The position numbers were made by a program, and so were the translations under genes. Of a stretch of 64,000 nt of DNA, positions 34,500-45,174 are shown in pieces. The stretch's first letter is position 1, and each line of letters begins with the position of its first letter. Origin of the DNA: Phoronis australis (taxonomy: Eukaryota; Animalia; Phoronida); the NCBI GenBank assembly GCA_002633005.1, contig NMRA01000091.1, forward strand, positions 541,267 to 605,266, written 5' to 3'. Under the pieces are notes generated by a model. The model searched no databases. It was given only the letters and a program-made list of their open reading frames with translations, and was not told where the DNA came from.

Positions 34500-36640
34500 T
34501 TTCATTTCGTACTATGATCGGAATTTTAATTGAACTGAAAAACATTAAAATATTTTTCAGTCAATTGCCAGGGTTTAGGAACCCCAGAAAAAAGAAGAGA
34601 TGTCTTTAATTATATAAGAAGTAAAGCATTATATTTTCTAATTATGGAGGGAGAGGATCATTCGTGAAAATTTGTACGGTGCAAATACTGATAACCCGGA
34701 CTTTTATAGTAATATATTTTCACTAATTGAAGAAATTGATGTTGAAAAGTTTGTTTTATGTGGGGATTTTAATTTTGTACTGAGTCAAGAACTGGATACT
34801 TGCAATTATAGATCTTGCAATAATCCAAACGCTACAAACGTTCTAAAGGGAATAATTAATTGGTTTGATGTCTGCGATCCCTTTTGAGAATTTTTCCTTC
34901 AAATAAAAGATTCACTTGGCGAAGAAAAAATCCAATTAAGTAGACTAGGCTTGACTTTTTTCTGGTTCCCAAAACTTTGATGCATTGTGTTCAAAGAATT
35001 TCTATAGCTCCAAGTTACAGATCAGATCATTCTGGGGTCTTGTTAAGCCTAAAATTACGAGAGGTAAAAATTTTTGGAAATTTAATAATTCACTTTTAGA
35101 TGACAAGGAATATGTAAACATCGTTCAAGATACAGTTACTAATGTTAAAAAGCAATATGCAGCTCCGGTAGATGATGATAGAACTTTTGAACATTTAGAA
35201 AGGAATGAGTGCTCTTCTAGAAATACGGTCTAGAAATTAGGGTATTACGTCAGATCCACAGCAAAATAGACAGAGGAGAGGGAACGCCCAACAAAATAAT
35301 TTTGTAGTTTATAATCGAGACATTTGTACAACAAACTCATGTATGAAAAACAATTGGAAAATGGGGAAAAATACAAATGAAGAAAAGGTACTAGATATGG
35401 GAGCGATTTTTAAGAAAAATTTCACTGTGATAACAGTTCCTCTGAAAAAAGTGAAGTAAAAGTGAAATAGAGAACATTATAGTTGTAATTAAGCTGGCCG
35501 ATAACTTTGGAGCGTGAGGGACATATAACATAGGAAGAACTCTGGTGTGCATTGCGAAAACGATGAATATAATTCTTTTTAACAAGGCTATGAAAATTTC
35601 ATGGATAAAGACTACTTACTTCTGAATCAAAATGAATGGAATTATTTGAACTTGAAACAGTGATTGCAGAGTCAAATATTAAAAATTTGGGAATGATTTT
35701 TTAAAAAATCCTATTGAAATAACCAGTTCTTTTTGGAATGAAGTTCTAAATAACTGGTGTTTTTCCATAAGTAAACAGCCCCTTAAAGATGCGAATGATT
35801 GACTCTCAACAAATTTATGGAATAATGATGGAATACTGATAGTAACTAGTGGTGATGTTCTTTTTATTAATGACCTACTTGATGAAAATAGCAGGTTTTA
35901 CTCATTTACTGAATTTAAAAAGATCTTACATATACCCACACACTTTTTGGAACATTGTTCTCTGATTGAGTCTGTTAGATCGTTTCTTAAGAGAACACCA
36001 TTACAAATACAGTTAATTAAGATATATGGACCAACAATGCATTTCAATACCCGTGATTTTTTAAACTGCGCGTCAATATGTAAAATGACATATGAAATTG
36101 TTTGCCAGAACAAAATTTTGTCTATTGCCCAAAAAGACTTCAAGAAGGTTATAACGATGACCCGAAAAGTTGCATTCATTGTATTTTAAAACTACTTACT
36201 GTTTGAAGCTATGTACACTGCAGTTTAAACTGTTTCATAGAACACTTGTAACGAACTCTTTTCTTAAAAAATAGCTTGGTGTACTCTGATGTATGTACTT
36301 TCTGCCTGTCACAAATTGAAACAGTAGATCACATCCTTTTGCGAATGCAATAATATACAACTATTGATATAAGAGTTACGCATGTGGATGTTATCGGTAA
36401 AAATTATCAATTTGATTATTGACAAAAACAATGATTTTTGGCTTGCCCATAAGTAACGGAAATAAAGTTATAAATTGGATTCTTTTGCAATTACAGTATT
36501 TTATTTGCGTATGTAAGCGTAAAAAATAATCCCCAGTTTCAGTCATTTTCTTAAGATATTAAAAACACAATTTATATTCAAAGAAGAATTTTATTAAACG
36601 ATGGTGATAAAGATGAATACCAGGCAACCCGGAGAAACTG
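34500..36640 (+). mobile_element. Decayed L1/Tx1-clade LINE (APE endonuclease and C-terminal zinc finger; RT deleted)
   Basis: NLYGANTDNPDFY, LCGDFN, FTWRRKNP..TRLDFFL, YRSDHS, WKFNNSLLDD, QFKLFHRTLVTN, CTFC..QIETVDHIL; no RT motifs seen between them. Confidence 0.85.
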
Positions 36641-36668
36641 GTTAACCGTAACTTTTGCCTGACAACAT

Positions 36669-36909
36669 CATGCGCGCACCCAGCCTGTAAATATGGGGGG
36701 CTCGAATTTCCAACGATGTGGATCTTTTACCAACCAAAAAGCCGGAGGACTAAAACGTCCGGAGCTGTGAACTGTGTGTTTATGCCTTTTTAGTGGACTT
36801 TTGTTTCGTTTTCTCGAACTTTTGGTTTCTCTGAGGTGGACCTTTTTACCCACGTCGCCAAATAGGGGGCTCATTCGAGCCCCCCGAGCCCTCCCCTGGG
36901 TGCGCGATG
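36669..36909 (-). mobile_element. MITE family A, copy 6
   Basis: CATGCGCGCACCCAG ... CTGGGTGCGCGATG with the shared core. Confidence 0.85.
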
Positions 36910-37439
36910 TTTACATCCTACTTAAAGTGGGTATATTGAGGGGAGCGGGAGCGTTTGTATGTGTGTTAAGAGTGAGAACGGCTTGCATTTTTGTTTTCAT
37001 GTCTATGTATTTATGTTCTTCATACCAATAAAAAGTTAATATTGACAGGCTATTCAGCGGCGAAGGGCAGTTTCATCTTTCACACATGCTTTGTTGTCTT
37101 CAATAACCGCATTGTTTTTGTGTCAGTTTTGTTGTTCTTTCGTTTTTCGAATGACTTTTCACACAAAGATTGGGTTTTTTGTTACTGCACTGTAGTTTAG
37201 GCTTCAATAACGGTCTGGCGGCATTATGGCCTTCAGGTGTATTCCTGGAATTTTATTGATACCAGTTTCAATGATACTCAAATAAGCGGTGTAACTCAAA
37301 ACCCTATGGCTTTGAAATACTAAACCCTTGCAAAAATGCTTTGACACTTAGAACTTATTTTTATAGCGACTTTATTCAATGACTTCTTCAAACTGACACT
37401 GGCATCAGGACAATTTAACATTTCTCACCTCTAATGAAT

Positions 37440-38530
<1,091 letters not shown>

Positions 38531-39365
38531 ACTGCATAACAAAATCAAATATCACTCTGTGTAAAATAGTTTTGTTTTGATAAAACACACAGTTTAAAAC
38601 ACTCGCAATAAGACTACTTCACTTCAAACATATTAACAAGCATAAACCTTTGAAACAATTTACACATAGATGTCAACTATTCAACGCATTGCGTACAGAC
38701 ATGTTAGTAATAACAAAAACGCAGAAACGAAAATGCAACAACAACAAATTAATCCCAAATTATGCTATATAGTACTTGCCGTAATTATACCCATAAGCAA
38801 ATACAATGCGTTTTTCAAAAAACATTCACTCGCAGGCCAAGTTGGGTGTCCCTTGTACATACGCGTGAATTCATCAATGCTGGTTGCCACCTATAACCTC
38901 GTGACCTCAAAAGTCCTCTGCTTAGACATGTTAAAACGACTATCGTAATCTATTTTCGCTTTTTGACTTAATGTTTACCCTGTTACGTTATCTTATATAT
39001 TTGAAAAAGAATTATCAAGTTTCTGTCTATAAATAATATACGGCCAGTAAAAAAATTACCCGAAGTGTTTTTTAAATAAGCAAGAGACTATTGTTTTTGT
39101 GAAACGATGTGGTCAGACCGGTATATTACTAAATAATGTATGTTTTGTCAGGCTTGTTTGGATATCGAAATTCCGCTCATCGTTACGTCGTTTTAAAACA
39201 GGACCAAACATATTACAAAGATTAGACCCCATGCCGAGATATTCCTCAACATAACCAGTAAAGGTCGTAACTATAGCGCTTAGTGATGAATCTATGGCAT
39301 GAGTGTTAGTAGTAGTGGCACATAGAGCCTCAGTTAAGCCGTCAGTCTTAATCCAGGCGATTGGT

Positions 39366-41906
39366 CTACTGTGGAGACTTAAATGAAGTACTGAGGTTAA
39401 TCTTCGAATCTTTCGTGCGTTTTGTCAGGCGTTCTTTAACTTTAAAGAAATATCGCCTATTTTGATTTTCTATCGGACTACCGATGTTCAGAGCATTAGC
39501 GGCCGTCTCTACCAGGGTCTCATAAGTAGGGGGGAAATTTTGAGTCATTTCTTCCACACCGGCTATGGCACGCCACGATTGCGGCAGACGATTCTCCAAC
39601 TTCAGCATTATTTTAACTTTGTGTAGGTTCCATTGCTGAACTTTAGTCTCGGCAATGACAGAGCATGACTGGGATACCATAGCGATCAACATATTCATCG
39701 ACAGCACGTAGGCCAAAATAACATACAACACAAAAAGTGCAACACTCATGACTGGAGAGGGTGAATTGTACAAAACCTCAACATCGCCGAGTCCTACCGC
39801 CAGCTGAAACAGACTAAATACAGATATTCCAAATGTTTCAAACTGCGGCGGCATAACAACCATATGCTTGTACAGCAGATGTAGTGCGACCGAGAACGAT
39901 ATAAGAAGTATCCCAATGAGAAGAGAGAACCTCAGCAGGTCTCCAAACACAACTTTCTGAATGAGGGCAGTGAAAAAGCTGAATTTTCGAATTCCTTGAG
40001 TGAAAAACAGCATAAACATCCATCCGGTTATGAGTGACAGTATTGTCGGAATGTACTCGTAATGATATATCGGCCAATGGCAAACCATACTAGTTACAAG
40101 GCTGAGAGAGAAAAGAATAGAAAGTATCTGGTACTGCTCATTCATTAGAAAATGTTTTATCGATGAAACCTTTGTGCGGTACAAACCTATTATATCAAGA
40201 ATAAGCGAAGCGATGCCATATGACCATACTAGAATTTCGAACAAAAGTCGAACATAATCGGTTGGTAACCTGTAAGAATCTATCCCGCTGGATATCATTG
40301 TTTTGCTCACATTCAAAGTGCCTGATGAAACCTCTGGAAGATATGTAGGTCTCGCAACAGCTACTGCTGACCACGAAATCATGATACATAAATGCATGAG
40401 TAGCCAAGCGTAAAACAATTTGGAATATTTTGACCATTTGAAACGAATCACGTGAGAGATGGGCACCATTTGTACAAATTTGAACGCAGTTGTTATGTCT
40501 TGATTGTCTGGGATACATTCCAGGACGGACTTCGAGTCACGAGCTGTAGCAGTATCTATATCGGTTACATCGTAGTGGTAAACATCTAAGACACTTTTAG
40601 TATCTTTGAGGACCCTGTAAACGCCATCCACCCGAATGATTTCACGAAAAATCTCTGGAGCTCCCTTTCGAGCCGCCAGAGCAAGAGGAGTGCCGTTTTC
40701 GTTGTTTTTTATTCTCAACAAGTTTGATAAGAAATGTGATCTTTTGATTTGGTAATCAATTTCGCTGCTTTTAGATTTGACGAGGTTTTCTGCCTCTTCT
40801 ATTAAAAAGCAAAACATGCCAGCAAGTGCATTTAACCTTTCTTTGTCGTTTTGTCTGGACGGTTTTATAGATAGATTGACAATTAAGTGGAAAACCGTAT
40901 TCCCACGGCTACTCTTTTCCTCCAACTTAGCACCCTTTTGAATAAGCAGCCGACACATGCGTTCATCCATATTCCATACTGCGGTGGCCAAAGGAAATTC
41001 TCCTTCCAGGCACGTGTCTTTGAACTCGTCGTCATTGCAGACCTTTGTATTTAATAATTTTAGTAACAACCTATGATTTTCCTTGCATGATTGGAGAAGG
41101 GAGAAGGTTCTATCGTCGTTGTTGGAATTGCCGACGTAGTTGGTAGAAGTGTTGGTGACATCTATGGTGGAACGTATTTTCTTCCTTGAAAGGCTATGGA
41201 AAGTACCGAGAATATTTTCGACAAGGTCATATTCCTGCATAGCTACGGCCACGTGCAAGACAGTTGGGGCATCCTCTTTGACATGTAGAAATATCAAAGT
41301 TGGACACTTCTCTAAAATTTTACGGAAGACATCTGTTTTTTTGTGGTGAAGGGCAGTGTGTAAGATTGTTTCAGTGGAACCTTGTTTAGTGAAAATTGAA
41401 GCTCGGTTTTTCACGCCGACCTTTTCGGCCATCAGAAGGTCAAACAAAATTTCTACATCTTCTTTGCGTCCTTGGGCAACGCTTTCGAAAAGCACCTCGC
41501 TAAACTTTTTGTGTCCTTCACTGCTACCACGAAGATGACCCACCATCAGTTTTTTATTGACCCGAAAGTGGCCACTCGCTTCGGCAGTTGCCAACGAGTT
41601 GTTGTTAAGCTCATCGCCATATCCATTCGACTTGTCTATCTGCTGAGACTGTTTTGGTTCAGTTTGGCTACTGTTGAGGCTGGAGCCATTCGTTTCGTCA
41701 ATTGTCGATACGTTGCAGGTAGGTTTGTCACCTCCACGTCCATTCACTTCGGTACTTTTGTTGGGCTTCGTTTTGCGGCCAGTGTCAGCTAAGATTTCGA
41801 GAAATCCGTCATCCCCATATGTACTCGAATTTCCTCTTCGTTCAGACTGTGTTGGTTCGACATCGTTTCTTTTGTAGTGACTACTCTTTTTGGATTTCTG
41901 AGACAT
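39366..41906 (-). CDS. TRPV-family (vanilloid) cation channel, single coding exon, 846 aa
   Basis: Uninterrupted ORF. Ankyrin repeats (ETILHTA, PTVLHVAV, GEFPLATAV, GNTVFHLI, GTPLALAARKG), pre-S1 KWSKY, six hydrophobic helices, S4-S5 IQKVVFGDLLRF, pore FSLFQLAVGLGD, S6 MNMLIAM, TRP helix WNLH..IMLKLE. The first ATG directly follows a splice acceptor (tttgcattatttcag|ATG), so the TTG start at 41951 in the ORF track is unlikely. Confidence 0.93.
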   Translation of the reverse strand: MSQKSKKSSHYKRNDVEPTQSERRGNSSTYGDDGFLEILADTGRKTKPNKSTEVNGRGGDKPTCNVSTIDETNGSSLNSSQTEPKQSQQIDKSNGYGDELNNNSLATAEASGHFRVNKKLMVGHLRGSSEGHKKFSEVLFESVAQGRKEDVEILFDLLMAEKVGVKNRASIFTKQGSTETILHTALHHKKTDVFRKILEKCPTLIFLHVKEDAPTVLHVAVAMQEYDLVENILGTFHSLSRKKIRSTIDVTNTSTNYVGNSNNDDRTFSLLQSCKENHRLLLKLLNTKVCNDDEFKDTCLEGEFPLATAVWNMDERMCRLLIQKGAKLEEKSSRGNTVFHLIVNLSIKPSRQNDKERLNALAGMFCFLIEEAENLVKSKSSEIDYQIKRSHFLSNLLRIKNNENGTPLALAARKGAPEIFREIIRVDGVYRVLKDTKSVLDVYHYDVTDIDTATARDSKSVLECIPDNQDITTAFKFVQMVPISHVIRFKWSKYSKLFYAWLLMHLCIMISWSAVAVARPTYLPEVSSGTLNVSKTMISSGIDSYRLPTDYVRLLFEILVWSYGIASLILDIIGLYRTKVSSIKHFLMNEQYQILSILFSLSLVTSMVCHWPIYHYEYIPTILSLITGWMFMLFFTQGIRKFSFFTALIQKVVFGDLLRFSLLIGILLISFSVALHLLYKHMVVMPPQFETFGISVFSLFQLAVGLGDVEVLYNSPSPVMSVALFVLYVILAYVLSMNMLIAMVSQSCSVIAETKVQQWNLHKVKIMLKLENRLPQSWRAIAGVEEMTQNFPPTYETLVETAANALNIGSPIENQNRRYFFKVKERLTKRTKDSKINLSTSFKSPQ

Positions 41907-42443
41907 CTGAAATAATGCAAACAAAAGTGTTTGTTTGCCGATATGTTTCAATTTGTATGCTCTACTGCAGACAACAAAGTCGTTTCATATTTACATGTTT
42001 TACGTCATAATCGTCTTCCTCTTCTTTACCCGTTTCATTCTCTTTTTAGTCAGCACAACATTTAAAGCACCTCCAGATTTACACCTACCTGACATCGAAA
42101 TAACATCGTGAACATTTATGAAAGATAAAAAATACATTTGAAACACCCTAAACTAGTAAAAATTTACCTTCAGGCATTGTACTAGCAATGTATGTTGAGT
42201 TGAAGGTTTCGGTATGCAAATTATATTGACAGCAATTACAACAGCGCTGGTCCACTTGAAAGACCGAACCTCAGTTAAGTCAGGCAGTTGAAAAAGTAGC
42301 AAAGAGCAACGTTTGAGCAAACATTTATGACTACCAAACACAGCATTTGTATGAACAATTATGACAAGCGCAGTTAGGCCACGCCCACCGTAGTTACCAC
42401 TGCGATACATTACTGGACTATTCGAGAACACTTTTTGTTTGAA

Positions 42444-42620
42444 ATTGACCTATCGCAAGCTCCGCCCCCTTGCGTAAGGTTGACTAACAAACAATAAGTT
42501 TTACTCGGCAACGGGTTGTTTGTCGGGTAAAATAGCGGCTTGGAAACGAAGGTGTGTCAAGAATGATGAGTTCTAAATGGTCAGTTAAGCCGTCACTCAA
42601 AGTCCTGGCGATAGGTCAAT
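42444..42620. mobile_element. Short MITE (family B) with 13-bp TIRs
   Basis: ATTGACCTATCGC ... GCGATAGGTCAAT; about 140 bp shared (inverted) with 19727-19860 and 20779-20912, and its end matches 39330-39368. Confidence 0.75.
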
Positions 42621-42787
42621 TGCAGTTGTGCAACGACAAACATGATACGTGAACACGATTCCAATCGCTGTAGTCCCGACCCCCGAGCTGACAAGCAATT
42701 CCGTAAGCCAACCTTCTTTATTTTGAAACGGCTATAAGCAGTCTTTGATTTAGGTCACTTTCCGTTACATAACTCTAGAATAAAACC

Positions 42788-42852
42788 CAAACCAACCTCT
42801 AACCTATGGCACGACGTTTCGGTCAGTCATTTCCCCGGCCAACTTTAGGTGT
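42788..42852 (-). ncRNA. Degenerate minimal type-I hammerhead ribozyme motif (Penelope-like)
   Basis: CAC-CTAAAGT-TGGCCG..CTGACC-GAAACGTC-GTG; related to 43619-43690; CUGANGA core mutated. Confidence 0.45.
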
Positions 42853-43499
42853 TACAGTGTTCTTAGAAGAACGAGAACTTAAAGTTGTTTATTTTTGCGA
42901 AAGTTGAAGTTAAAACCCGAGACTTTTAGACTGTCAGCTAGACTTGTAACTTCCTCAGAAGTGGTAGTCAGCCTCCCGTTCAGTAACGCTAGGACCTCGC
43001 TAAAAAGCAAGACTTCGCGAGATTACGTGAGATATTGCCGTGTATTTTAAATGAGAACACGTGACTTTGACTAGGTTTTAGCTAGGTCCTAGCGTAGGTC
43101 CTAGCGTCTACTGAACGCACGCCCGGTGTCACTATAGTCTGTTTACTCGGCTGGCTGAAAACATTGTCTTCCACCTTAATGTTCATAGCCTAATTGACCT
43201 TTCGCTTGATCTAACTAGCCTGTATCACTGGCAGGTACAGAAGGTTATCCCAATGGATGTTGTTTGTTTTTTCCACGTGTGTTTAGGGTCAGCCGCACAG
43301 CACACAGTGGGAAAAACAACAAAAAATCCAACAGGATAACGCCCCGATACTTGACACTGAAGCAGGCTGGGCAAAAAGAAAGGCCAAGGCCGGGAGCCAT
43401 ACATATGAAGCTATAAAACAATGTCGTCACTATGTCAGCCCAACAAGTTAGATCTGACTATATACTAAACCTAATGAAGATTTTCCATCTACACTAACG

Positions 43500-43720
43500 G
43501 ATGACTCAGTGGTGTAGTGGCTAGAATACAATCTGATGACCACAGGTTCAACCCAGCTTGCGCAAAGGAAAAGTAAAACTACCCACCATCGACAATCATA
43601 AGTGTCGTTTGTCTAAGAGCGCTATGAAGATGGTCACAGAAATAACCGATCAAAACGTCGCGCCAATGTGAATAGACTACAGGTTGGTGTGAATAGACCA
43701 ATACAGTTTAGAAATGTGTC
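43500..43720 (+). mobile_element. tRNA-like head followed by a degenerate Penelope-type hammerhead ribozyme motif
   Basis: TGGTGTAGTGG (A-box), GGTTCAACCC (B-box), then GCGC-TATGAAGA-TGGTC..GATC-AAAACGTC-GCGC. Confidence 0.5.
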
Positions 43721-45060
43721 ACCACCTCAAAGCAGTTTGAGGACGACATTCAGCTATTGACTGCAATCAACACTAGGGTGGTCACGAACATTGGTATTTG
43801 TGTATTTGTTTGATCGTGACTTACAATTACTTGCCAGACGTAATCAATGCTCATGGTATTGATGACACCATTACCTTGAGCAGTTTCCAAGAAAAGGGTC
43901 AAAGCAAATATTTATTAAACCAGGGCTTCACGTAAGATGTATTGCTGCCTGCTCTGTAAACATTTCATATAGTTACATAAAAACGAGAACTTGTTCGCTG
44001 CTTTGTTTCCCGTCACACTTGTTTACATTGGAAGAAAAAGTAATTCAGGTTGTATGCCCGCGGGCAAAAGGGGTATAAAAATTTTTGTGATTACCTTCAA
44101 AGACAACTTTGTTTTAATGTTTTTGATATCACAAACCAGTGTATTTTATAAAGTAAAAAAGCCTCAAGTTTAAACTTTCATATTTTCAAGAAATTTGACT
44201 TTTGCGAATTGGACAGGGAACAGAACATTATTTAAAACAATGAAATTAGATGCCCATATTACCATAGGTTGCATCAACTCATAAATCACGCAGTTTTTCT
44301 TTTTGCAGATTAAAATGCAAACTCAGGTAACTTTTGGGATTTATGTCCGTCACCTGGTGGCGAAACTTGGAACAACCATTGCAAATATTCTGACATTGTT
44401 ATTGAAACTTAGTAAGCAGGAAAGCATTATTGTCGCAGGAAAGCAATTGGTTTTCCAAAAAAATCCAAGAAGCTCATCAAAGATGGTGATAGATGCTCTA
44501 TTTCAATTACATATCTTTCAGCGTCTTTAATTAACATCAATCCAACATTTTATGTTACTGCAACACTGACCATTTTTAATTTCAGAAAGTCAAGCAAACT
44601 TTACGATTTCAATGGACAAATAAGCAGGCAGTGTGGCCTCCTTTGCTCAAGGTCGTGGGTTCTAGTCTCACTGGTCTCTAGCTCGGTTTTAACTAGATAT
44701 AAATAAAGCATACAAATGCAGGTTCCAAGCGATCAGTGCCAGCAATGGGCTCACGTAAGGGGTACGTACACGTCTGGCACAATGTGTACCAGACCGCCGG
44801 CAATTATTTCTTATATGCTGTTTTATCAAATTAGACAACGAGTTACACTTATTGTGGTTTTGATCACCTCGAAAAATCTTCAAGTTTTAGAATGTTGGAT
44901 TCATTACAAATTTGATTTGGGGCCAACACTAAATGAAAAAGGAGGTCGCCCCTCAATCTGTGACTGTCGGGAAAGGGTAGACACATAAAATGACTTTGCT
45001 GACCGTTCGTACATATGTCCCTTAGGCTACGAAAACTCACGAATACGTCGAACAGGCAAC

Positions 45061-45174
45061 AAACAGGCATACATACACTGCACAAGCTCCACCTCACGGG
45101 GTAAATAGCTGTTTTACAAACAGGCATACATACACTGCACAAGCTCCACCTCACGGGGTAAATAGCTGTTTTAC
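45061..45174. repeat. Perfect 57-bp tandem duplication
   Basis: 45061-45117 = 45118-45174. Confidence 0.95.

Noticed and set aside
41907-41951. TTG-initiated N-terminal extension of TRPV
   Set aside because: Non-ATG start from a prokaryotic-style ORF caller; the sequence is a polypyrimidine tract and AG acceptor
39330-42620. TRPV gene captured inside a DNA transposon
   Set aside because: The two family B termini next to the gene face outward, so they belong to separate elements
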